33,016 bases of DNA, from NCBI GenBank assembly GCA_038060895.1, contig JBBTCT010000030.1, forward strand, positions 1 through 33,016. Reading direction: 5' to 3'. Position 1 is the stretch's first letter. Every line of letters begins with the position of its first letter. Source of the DNA: Planctomycetota bacterium. GTDB taxonomy: Bacteria > Planctomycetota > MHYJ01 > WSZJ01. Under the pieces are notes generated by a model. That model did not search any database. It saw nothing but the letters and a program-made list of their open reading frames with translations, and had not been told where the DNA came from. Position numbers and translations under genes: made by a program. Of this stretch, positions 8,168 to 16,138 are shown piece by piece.

Positions 8168-11140
8168 ATGATCCCCGCACCTGACGGCGTCGTCACCCTG
8201 GTGTTCGCCGAAGCGGCGGCCTGGGGCGGCGAAGAGCCTGGCCTGCTCGAAGCCCGTCGCGGGTATGAGGTCAAGCGCGTCGGCGACCGACTGATGGCCG
8301 CGTTCGCTTCGGCGCCCGACGCGGTGCGGTTCGCGCTGGACCTGCTCGAGCGCGGCATCGAAGTCCGCTTCGGCATCCACTCGGGGGAGGCTATCCGCGA
8401 AACCGATCCCGCCACCGGCCGGTCGGACTATTTCGGACCCGCGGTCAATCGCGCCGCGCGCATCCTCGAGGCCGCGAATCCCGGGCAAGCCGTGCTGTCG
8501 CAGCCGGCGCTCGAGGCCGCGGCCGAAGCTCTTCGCGACGCCGCGGTCACCCCGCTCGGCGAGCATCGGCTGAAAGGCCTCGAACGCCCCGAGCCGCTCT
8601 TCCAGTTCCTGCCAACCCGGCTCAGCGGCCGCGCGTTTCCTCCGCTTCGGACCCTGACGGCGCTTCCCACCAACCTCCCGGTCCAGACGACGAGCTTCGT
8701 CGGGCGCGAAAGCGAACTTCACGAGATCGAGCGCCTCTTCGCTTCCGGCGCCCGGCTCGTGACTCTCACAGGCCCCGCAGGCGTCGGCAAGACGAGGATT
8801 GCCGTCCGGCTCGGCGCGGAACTGCTGGGCCGCTTCGCGGGGGGATGCTGGTTCGTGGACCTTGGCGAAGCGGGAATTGCCGGCGAGGGGGGCGCGGCGC
8901 TGGCGGGGCTCCTGGCGCAGGCGATCGGGGTGACGGTCGGCGGCGGATCGGTGGAGCAGGTCGGGCGGATCCTGGCGGCGCGGCGGTCGCTCCTGCTGAT
9001 CCTCGACACGTGGGACGTCGCGCGCCCGGGAGCCTCGGCGGCGCTGGAGTCGTGGCTGGCCCGCGCTCCGGAACTGAAGGTCATCGTCACGGGCCGCTCG
9101 GCGGCGATCGTCCCGGGCGAACGCGTGCTGCGCGTCGAGCCATTCCCCGTGCCGGACGCCATGAGGCTCTTCGTGGAGCGCGCCCGCGAGGCCAAGCCCG
9201 GCTTCTCGATCACCCCGGACTCGGAAGCGGACGTCTCGGCGATCTGTCGCGAGCTGGAGGGCATTCCGCTCGCGATCGAGCTCGCCGCGGCGCGCGTGAA
9301 AATCATGCAGCCCGCTATGATGCGCCGGAAACTCGGCCAGAAGTTCCAGCTCCTCAAGTCCGCGCGGCAGGACGCGACGCACCGGCAGCTCACGCTCAAT
9401 GGCGCCATCGAGTGGGGCCTGGAGACGCTGACCCCCGAGGAACGCCGCGTCTTCCTCAGGCTCAGCGTCTTCCGCGGCGGTTTCCTCGCGGAATACGCCG
9501 CGCAGGTCGTCGGCCCCGAAGCCACTCCCGAGCGCATCGAGGCCCTCCGTGCCCGCAGCCTGCTCGCCGCGCGCGACTATCCGTGGGGGCGGCGCTACCT
9601 CCTCTACCGCCTTATTCACGAGTACGCCGAGCGCGAGTGGCGCTCCGCCTCGACCCCCGACGAACGGCTCGCCCTGGAACGCCGCCACGCCACGGCGGCG
9701 CTGGAGTATTTCAAGGCCTGGGAAGAGAAGCTCCAGACCACGCAGCAGCGCGAGTCGCTGGACCGGCTCGAGGCCGCCATGGAGAACATCGCCGCCGTCC
9801 AGGAACGCGCCCTCGCGCGCGCGGCGGCGACCGCGTCTTCCGACGAGGCGGCCCGCGAGCTCGAAATCGCCGCGCGGGCTGTGGACTGCTTCACCGTGCC
9901 GTTCAGCGCCCGCGGGTCGGCGTCGGACTGGCTGACCCGGTGCGAGCAGGCCCTGAAGGCCGTCCTCGCCGTGCCTGCCATCGCGGAACGGATGGACCCC
10001 GAAATCCACTCCGGGCTGCTGGCGAACGTTTCGGAAGCGGCGCGCGCCGCCGGTGACAACGCCCGCGCGGCGACACTCGCTTCACATGCCGTCACTTCCG
10101 CCGCCCGGCGTCCCGACTCGCTGGGCTATGCCCGTGCGCTCCGCATCCACGCGTGGCACGACGCCCTGGCCGGGAGATTCACCCAGGCCCTCGCTTCCCT
10201 CGATCTGGCCACCCGCATTGTCCGCGTCCTCGGGCTGGACCGCGTCCTCTCGGAAATCGAGAACACGCGCGGGCTGACTCTTCGCCGAAGCGGCGAAACG
10301 CAGGGAGCGCTCGAGGCGTTCCGCGACGCGTACCGGCTTGCCCACGACAACGGCTCCATCGCGCTCGAGCCCGCCTACGCCTCAAACCTGGGCACCACGC
10401 TCGAAATGCTCGGGCAGCTGGACGAAGCGATGGTCTGGTACGAACGCGCGGAGAAGGGCGCGGAGGCGCTCGGCCGTACCAACGCCATAGCCGTCAATCT
10501 CGCCAATCGCGCCAATCTCCTTTCGCTTCGCGGCGACCACGAGGCGGCGCTCGCGACGCTCGCTCGGGCCGAAGCGCACGCCAGGGACCTCGGGCGCCCC
10601 GCCATTATCGCGGCCTGCCACGCCATGCGGTCCGCCGCGCTGGGTCGAGCCGGCCGCGCCGCGGAAGGGGTGGAGTCGAGCCTCGCCGCAGAGAAAATCT
10701 TCCGCGAGATTGGCGACCGAGCTCTCGTCGCTTCGCTGCTCGGCGAGCGTGCCCACCTGTACCGCGCTCTCAAGGATCTCCCGGAGGCCCGGAAGGCGTT
10801 CGAAGAGTCCGCGGGCGCCTTCGAAGCGCTCGGCAACCGCTCCGCGCTGCTCACCGTCGTCACGGGTTTTGCGGCATTCCTCCGCGAGACAGGAGGGCCG
10901 GCGGCTGCAACCCTCCGGCTGGCGCTTCAGAATCGCGCCGGCTGCTCCCCGGTCCAGGTCTTCGAAGCCCTGTCCGAGCTGGCGTTGACGGAAGAAGCGG
11001 CAGGAAAGCCGGCGGAAGCGAAGTCCGCCGCGCAGGAAGCGCTCACGGCGCTGGGTGGGGACGCGAGGTGGGAGTCATCCGTCCGGGCCGGGATGCTTCG
11101 AGATCTGCGCTCACGCATGGAGAAAGTCCTCGCGGGCTGA
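8168..11140 (+). CDS. Degenerate class III nucleotide cyclase + STAND/NB-ARC-like ATPase + TPR protein (copy 3)
   Basis: EVKRVGD, DYFGPAVNRAAR, Walker A GPAGVGKT, Walker B LLILDTWD, GIPLAIELAAAR, and TPR repeats (SNLGTTLEMLGQLDEAMVWYERA). Confidence 0.88.
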   Translation: MIPAPDGVVTLVFAEAAAWGGEEPGLLEARRGYEVKRVGDRLMAAFASAPDAVRFALDLLERGIEVRFGIHSGEAIRETDPATGRSDYFGPAVNRAARILEAANPGQAVLSQPALEAAAEALRDAAVTPLGEHRLKGLERPEPLFQFLPTRLSGRAFPPLRTLTALPTNLPVQTTSFVGRESELHEIERLFASGARLVTLTGPAGVGKTRIAVRLGAELLGRFAGGCWFVDLGEAGIAGEGGAALAGLLAQAIGVTVGGGSVEQVGRILAARRSLLLILDTWDVARPGASAALESWLARAPELKVIVTGRSAAIVPGERVLRVEPFPVPDAMRLFVERAREAKPGFSITPDSEADVSAICRELEGIPLAIELAAARVKIMQPAMMRRKLGQKFQLLKSARQDATHRQLTLNGAIEWGLETLTPEERRVFLRLSVFRGGFLAEYAAQVVGPEATPERIEALRARSLLAARDYPWGRRYLLYRLIHEYAEREWRSASTPDERLALERRHATAALEYFKAWEEKLQTTQQRESLDRLEAAMENIAAVQERALARAAATASSDEAARELEIAARAVDCFTVPFSARGSASDWLTRCEQALKAVLAVPAIAERMDPEIHSGLLANVSEAARAAGDNARAATLASHAVTSAARRPDSLGYARALRIHAWHDALAGRFTQALASLDLATRIVRVLGLDRVLSEIENTRGLTLRRSGETQGALEAFRDAYRLAHDNGSIALEPAYASNLGTTLEMLGQLDEAMVWYERAEKGAEALGRTNAIAVNLANRANLLSLRGDHEAALATLARAEAHARDLGRPAIIAACHAMRSAALGRAGRAAEGVESSLAAEKIFREIGDRALVASLLGERAHLYRALKDLPEARKAFEESAGAFEALGNRSALLTVVTGFAAFLRETGGPAAATLRLALQNRAGCSPVQVFEALSELALTEEAAGKPAEAKSAAQEALTALGGDARWESSVRAGMLRDLRSRMEKVLAG

Positions 11141-11142
11141 GC

Positions 11143-11967
11143 TCAGGCGCCCGCACAGTGCCCCCGCGAAGCCGCGCCCTCCTTCTTGACCTCGCGCAGC
11201 GGCCGTCCGCTTCCGCCATTGCGCGCCGCGACAATTTCGCAGACGACGGAAAGGGCGATTTCCTCGGGCGCCTTGCCGCCCAGGTCCAGGCCTGCCGGGG
11301 CCCGGATGCCGGAGAGCGCTTCTTCCTTGATCCCCATCTCACGGCACACTGCGAACACGGCTTCCCGGCGCCGGACGGACGCGACCATGGAGATCCCGGC
11401 GGCGCCAAGGTCGAGCGCGCGGCGGATCGCGAGGTGGTCGGACTTGTGGTGAGTGGCGACGACAACCCAGGTGCGCGGCGTCGCGGCGAGGCGCTCGTAG
11501 TCGGGGTCGTCGGTGACGACGGATTCGGCAGCCGGATAAAGCGCGCGCGTGCCTTCGGGGTCGTCCACGGTCACGCGGAACCCGGAGCGCGCGCCGAGGT
11601 CGCAAAGCGCTTCGACGAGGCGTCCGTGCCCCAGCACCAGGAGGCGCGCCTTCGGGAGATGCGGCTCGACGAAGACCTCCATCCGGCCGCCGCAGGGAAC
11701 GCCCGTCGCGCCCAGTTCGTCGGACAGCTCCAGCGGGATCATGCGGGTCTTCCCGTCCTTGAGCGCTTCAGCCGCCTCGGAAATGACCTGCGCCTGGACG
11801 CAACCGCCGCCGACGTAGCCGAAGAGGACCTCGCCGGTCTCGGAAAGGATCGCCTTGGCGCCCGCGGGGGCAGAAGCGGAGCCTTCGGAGCGAACGACCG
11901 TGGCCGTGCAAAAAGGTTTGTCGGCGTCGGCGAGGGACTGGGCGAGGGAGTGGAAGTCGTGGGGCAT
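11143..11967 (-). CDS. XdhC/CoxI family molybdenum cofactor insertion accessory protein
   Basis: ATVVRSEGSAS..GAKA, GYVGGGCV, CGGRMEVFVEP, Rossmann-like LLVLGHG, VVVATHHKSD and RAPAGLDLGGKAPEEIALS. True start is ATG 11967; the longer ORF to 12855 overlaps another gene. Confidence 0.9.
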   Translation of the reverse strand: MPHDFHSLAQSLADADKPFCTATVVRSEGSASAPAGAKAILSETGEVLFGYVGGGCVQAQVISEAAEALKDGKTRMIPLELSDELGATGVPCGGRMEVFVEPHLPKARLLVLGHGRLVEALCDLGARSGFRVTVDDPEGTRALYPAAESVVTDDPDYERLAATPRTWVVVATHHKSDHLAIRRALDLGAAGISMVASVRRREAVFAVCREMGIKEEALSGIRAPAGLDLGGKAPEEIALSVVCEIVAARNGGSGRPLREVKKEGAASRGHCAGA

Positions 11968-12039
11968 GGGGGCAGTATATCGCGGGGAGTGAGTCACCGC
12001 GGGAAGCGTACCTTGTGCGAAAAACGGCAACGGCCTTGC

Positions 12040-12066
12040 CGCAGAGGGCGCAGAGATCGCAGAGAA
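12040..12066. repeat. 9-nt tandem repeat (CGCAGAGnn) x3
   Basis: cgcagaggg cgcagagat cgcagagaa, bracketed by two copies of aacggcaac (12023-12031, 12065-12073). Confidence 0.7.
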
Positions 12067-12186
12067 CGGCAACAGCCTGGGCAGGGACATGAGCAGAGCG
12101 CTCAAACCGGGTAGAATGCCCCGCGAACCGGGAATACGAGTAAGGAATACCGGGGTCCGCGCCGATACACAACGGGGGTATTCACG

Positions 12187-12891
12187 GTGCGCGTCGAAAA
12201 CGACGAAATGTACGGCGACTGGGCCCATTGGCTCCAGGCGCCCTGCCCGGTCTGCGCCGCCCCGTTGCGCGCCCACCACCTGCACGACTTCGCCTCCCTC
12301 ATCTGCAAGGGCTGCCGCCAGAACCCGCTTCTCTATTTCTCCGGAATCCCCGCGACGAGGCGACACGGCCCGGCGATGACCAAGCTCCTGATGGAGCATG
12401 GCCTGCTCGTCGAGGTCGCCGCCGACATCGCAGGCGAGCTCAAGGCCGACGCGTCGCTTCCGCAGGTCGTCGAATTCCTGCTTTCCATGCACTACGTGAA
12501 ACCGGAGGTGCTGGAGAAGCTGCTGCGGAAGTGTGCGCCGAAGGGCTGGATCGACGGGATGACGATGACGTACGCGCCGGACTTGCCCGCGGCGACGGGG
12601 CCGCGGGTCCCGCATCACGGCGACCGAATCGACCTGCACGACTGGGAGATCGGCCCGGAGCTGGCGAAGCGGATCCCGCGGACGATTGCGCGGGTGTACC
12701 GGTGTGTGCCGGTCTGGGCGGACGGGACGCACGTCGTGCTGGCTGTGGACAACCCGGAGAAGGTGCGCGTCGCGGATGTCGCGGGGCTCATGGGATGCGA
12801 AGTGGCGCTCGTGAAGGCGCCGAAGGACCAGATTGCCGAGGCGCTGAAGAAGCACTATGGGGCGGCGGGATGGCAGGAGGCGTGGTGGTAG
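12187..12891 (+). CDS. Hypothetical protein: CxxC-x16-CxxC Zn ribbon + MshEN/T2SSE N-terminal-like domain
   Basis: CPVC...CKGC, and a C-terminal IDL..WEIGPELAKRIPRTIARVYRCVPVWADGTHVVLAVDNP that resembles the GspE/PilB N-domain. Start is GTG 12187 or ATG 12208. Confidence 0.65.
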   Translation: MRVENDEMYGDWAHWLQAPCPVCAAPLRAHHLHDFASLICKGCRQNPLLYFSGIPATRRHGPAMTKLLMEHGLLVEVAADIAGELKADASLPQVVEFLLSMHYVKPEVLEKLLRKCAPKGWIDGMTMTYAPDLPAATGPRVPHHGDRIDLHDWEIGPELAKRIPRTIARVYRCVPVWADGTHVVLAVDNPEKVRVADVAGLMGCEVALVKAPKDQIAEALKKHYGAAGWQEAWW

Positions 12892-12898
12892 GAATCGG

Positions 12899-13183
12899 TT
12901 TGGAGTTTCGAGTTCCGGAGGTTGAGTTCCGGGATCCGGGTTCCGAGTTCCGTGTGGGGTTCAGGGTTGAGAGTCTGGAGTTGTTGAGTGAGTTGCTCGC
13001 CAGGAGTTGAGTTTCGGGTTGAGTTTCCGTCCCAAACCTGGACGGGTCACCATCAACTCACCGCACAACCCGAAACGCGAAACTCCGAACCCCACACGGA
13101 GCCCGGAACCCGGATCCCGGAATTCAACTTCCGGAACTCCCAACTCCAAACACCGCCAACAACTCCGAACTCGCAACTCCCAA
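12899..13183. repeat. Long imperfect inverted repeat built from ~7-nt GAGTT(C/G)n units
   Basis: Arms 12899-12968 and 13081-13150 match at 62/70 by manual comparison. Inner stems are 13011-13021/13066-13076 and 13027-13032/13040-13045. Extra AACTC units trail to about 13183. Confidence 0.9.
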
Positions 13184-13203
13184 CCTGCGTTACTATTCCC
13201 CGC

Positions 13204-14364
13204 ATGCGATCCCTCCTTGCCGTTCTCTTCCTCGCAACAACCGCCTCCGCTGACCCCGAAGTGATGGGCCAGATCCTCGACAGCGACGGCAAGGACGGCG
13301 GGGTCATTGAATTCGCGATCCTGAAGCTCAAGAACCCCGAAGACCTCGACGGCACGCCCATTCCCGTCAAGACGGAGCGCTCGGGCCGCTTCTATGTCAA
13401 GCTCGCCCCCGGGGCCTACCGGATCGGCGACATCCGGAAGCCGCTCGAGCGGGACAAGAAGTTGTTCGAAGCGAATTACGCTCGCGACCTGATCGAAGTT
13501 GCCGACGGCGCCGGATTCGACATCGGGATGATCCGGCTGGAGAAAACCGGGACGTACGTGGCGGGGACGGTGAAGCGGGCCGGGAAACCGGTTGCTGGCG
13601 TGGCGGTCGAGGTGTTCGACCCGGGCGCCGGATACGCGACGGGTGTCAAGGCGACGACGGATGCCGCCGGGCGGTACGAGATGCAGATGAACGACGTGAA
13701 GGGCCCGCAGGCGCTGGTCCTCACGGTGGTCGAGAAGGAAGGTCAGGCTTTCGCGCGCGGCGCGGTCGATCTCTGGAAACCCGCGACGGCTGACGTCGAA
13801 CTTCCTGACAAGTATGCGGAAGTCATGATCGACCTGACCGCGCCGGAGGAGTGCTGGGTTTACTTCCACCCGAAGGGCGATCCCGCGCCGTACGTCATGC
13901 ACAAGCTGCGACCCGGCGCCAAGGCCTCCATCCCCGGGTTCGCGCCCGGCGCATGGACCATCACCGCCGTGTGCAGCGGCGCCCAGGCCGACGTCGAGGC
14001 GACCCTCCCGGTCACGGCCCCGATCGCGCTGGCCGTCTCCGCCGGCCCTCGCCACCGCGTCGACGGCAAAGTCGCCGTCACCGGCGCGCCCAAGGACTTC
14101 GACTGGTCGAGAGTCGCCGTCATTGCGAAACCGGCCGCGTCCAATTCCCCCGGCTACCTCTTCGCCCCCGTCTCCCGCAACGGATCCTTCGCCTTCGCCG
14201 GCCTCGCCCCAGGCAAGTACGAGCTCTCCATCGCCACCGGCAAGCGATTCGACGCGATGCGCTGGTTTTCCGTCAGCCGCTCCGCCATCGCCATGGGCGT
14301 CTTCGAGCTCATCGCTCCGCGCACCGTCGACCTCATCGTGCGGGCCGCCGACCTCGTCAAGTAG
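13204..14364 (+). CDS. Secreted protein with carboxypeptidase-regulatory/prealbumin-like beta-sandwich repeats
   Basis: Signal peptide MRSLLAVLFLATTASA-D. Motifs VAGTVKRAGKPVAGVAV..ATTDAAGRY and NGSFAFAGLAPGKYEL. The ORF extension to 12988 runs through the palindrome. Confidence 0.75.
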   Translation: MRSLLAVLFLATTASADPEVMGQILDSDGKDGGVIEFAILKLKNPEDLDGTPIPVKTERSGRFYVKLAPGAYRIGDIRKPLERDKKLFEANYARDLIEVADGAGFDIGMIRLEKTGTYVAGTVKRAGKPVAGVAVEVFDPGAGYATGVKATTDAAGRYEMQMNDVKGPQALVLTVVEKEGQAFARGAVDLWKPATADVELPDKYAEVMIDLTAPEECWVYFHPKGDPAPYVMHKLRPGAKASIPGFAPGAWTITAVCSGAQADVEATLPVTAPIALAVSAGPRHRVDGKVAVTGAPKDFDWSRVAVIAKPAASNSPGYLFAPVSRNGSFAFAGLAPGKYELSIATGKRFDAMRWFSVSRSAIAMGVFELIAPRTVDLIVRAADLVK

Positions 14365-14429
14365 GCTTGCCAGCTTCAGGGGAAGCGGGGACACTTCCAC
14401 GCCTCCGGCCCATTTTTCGGGACTTCCCC

Positions 14430-16103
14430 ATGACGCGCAGGCTGATTCCTTTCGTTCTGGCGGCATTCGCCGCCGGGTGCAGCAACCAGGGACGGCTCAA
14501 GAACTACGAAGTCGGCGAACTCGAGGAAGAACGCGTCCAGAAGGCGGTGAAGGCGATCGCCGCCGGGCTCGAGGCGGGGGATGTCGAGAAGTGCGTCTCC
14601 TCGCTGGTCCCGGACTTCCACCAGTTCTTCGACGAAGGTCGGATGGTCACCATCAGCTCCCCGGACGGCATGACCTTGAGCAAGTGGGAGGCGGGCGGGT
14701 TTCCCACGATGAGCGAAATGGACCGCGCCGGGATGAAGAAGTGGTTCGAAGCCTATCTCGGGACGTGGGTGGTGGTGGAGCGGGCGCTCGCGAAGATCCG
14801 CCGCGTGGATTTCGACGAGGACGACCTCTCGGTCGCCAGGGGCCGTTTCTTTCTCGACGTCTACGGGATCTCTTCCGGCGGCGAAGCGCGCGAAGACCTG
14901 GTCTACCTCGAGCTTCGCTTCAAGAAGGCCGGCGACGCCTGGCAGATTTCGAGGATCGAGCTGGACGAGCCGTTCATGTCGTCGCACTGCGGGAAGGCGC
15001 AGTTCCGGAACGTCTCGCGCGAAGTCAACGGGGTCTGGCCGCACGAGCGGAACCAGAACGCCCGCGGTTACCTGCCGATTCCCGAGCAGACCGCAGACTG
15101 CGGGCTCGCTTGCGGCGATTACGACGGCGACGGCTTCTACGACGTCTACCTGCTGAACGGAAGGAGCAAACGGCTGCTCCGCAACAAGGGAGACGGGACC
15201 TTCGAGGACGTGGCGGAGAAGGCGGGCGTGGCCGAGGCGGCCACTGAAAGCCGCTCGGCGCTTCTCGTGGATCTCGACAACGACGGCGACGACGACCTCT
15301 ACATCGGGAACAACCAGACGCCCAACAAGCTCTTCCGCAACAACGGCGACGGGACGTTCACGGACGTGACCGCGGACAGCGGGGTCGGGTACGTCGGCTT
15401 CAGCACTTCGTGCACCGCCGCCGACTACGACCGCGACGGCGACATCGACATCTACCAGTGCTGCTACGGGAATTTTTACGAGCGGCTGCCGCTTCCCCCC
15501 GCCTTCGACGGCCAGCCCAACCGGCTCTACCGCAACAAGGGAGGGCTGAAGTTCGAGGAAGTCGGCGAGGACGCCGGCGTGAACGACACCGGCTGGACGC
15601 TCGCCGCGACCTGGGGCGACGCGAACAACGACAACTGGCCCGATCTTCTGACGGCCAACGACTTCGGCGTGAAGAGTCTCTACATCAATCAGAAGGACGG
15701 CACGTTCGAGGAGGACGCCGAGGACGCCGGCTGCCTGGACCGGGGATTCGGCATGTCCACTGCCTTCGGAGACATCGACAACGACGGAGACTTCGACATT
15801 TATTTTTCGAACATGTACTCGAACACGAACTGGATTTTCCAGCGCACCGAAATCCTCCCGATGCCGTGGTTCCTCCATTGGCTCCGGACGCAGATCCTGG
15901 GCACCCTCGACTCGATGACCCTGGGCAACACGCTCTGTCTCAACAATGGAGACGGGACGTTTTCCAACATCACGGCGAATTCGGGGGTTGACTACGGCCA
16001 GTGGGCGTGGGGAAGCGAGTTCATCGACTACGACGCGGACGGCGACCTCGACATCTACTGCGCGAACGGATTCATCAGCGGGACCGACGCCGAGGATTTG
16101 TGA
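14430..16103 (+). CDS. Lipoprotein with NTF2-like domain + FG-GAP (CRTAC1-like) repeats; N-terminal part of a probable TGA read-through gene continuing to 17144
   Basis: Lipobox FAAG-C and six Dx[DN]xDGxxD-type repeats (DYDGDGFYD, DLDNDGDDD, DYDRDGDID, DANNDNWPD, DIDNDGDFD, DYDADGDLD). Ends NGFISGTDAEDL-TGA with the frame still open afterwards. Confidence 0.88.
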   Translation: MTRRLIPFVLAAFAAGCSNQGRLKNYEVGELEEERVQKAVKAIAAGLEAGDVEKCVSSLVPDFHQFFDEGRMVTISSPDGMTLSKWEAGGFPTMSEMDRAGMKKWFEAYLGTWVVVERALAKIRRVDFDEDDLSVARGRFFLDVYGISSGGEAREDLVYLELRFKKAGDAWQISRIELDEPFMSSHCGKAQFRNVSREVNGVWPHERNQNARGYLPIPEQTADCGLACGDYDGDGFYDVYLLNGRSKRLLRNKGDGTFEDVAEKAGVAEAATESRSALLVDLDNDGDDDLYIGNNQTPNKLFRNNGDGTFTDVTADSGVGYVGFSTSCTAADYDRDGDIDIYQCCYGNFYERLPLPPAFDGQPNRLYRNKGGLKFEEVGEDAGVNDTGWTLAATWGDANNDNWPDLLTANDFGVKSLYINQKDGTFEEDAEDAGCLDRGFGMSTAFGDIDNDGDFDIYFSNMYSNTNWIFQRTEILPMPWFLHWLRTQILGTLDSMTLGNTLCLNNGDGTFSNITANSGVDYGQWAWGSEFIDYDADGDLDIYCANGFISGTDAEDL

Positions 16104-16109
16104 CCACCT

Positions 16110-16138
16110 TTCTGGAAGAGCGTGGTCACGCACCAGGA
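16110..16138 (+). promoter_or_regulatory. Candidate bacterial SECIS element
   Basis: Lower stem UUCUGG/CCAGGA, upper stem GCGU/ACGC and apical loop GGUC, with the loop starting 20 nt after the in-frame UGA (16101-16103). Confidence 0.55.

Noticed and set aside
12899-13183. Possible CRISPR array
   Set aside because: No identical direct repeats separated by unique spacers and no cas genes. It is an inverted repeat.
16101-16103. Genome-wide UGA reassignment (code 4/25) as the explanation for the in-frame TGA
   Set aside because: TGA is a normal stop elsewhere in the window, for example tsf (overlapping the pyrH start) and the four-helix-bundle gene.
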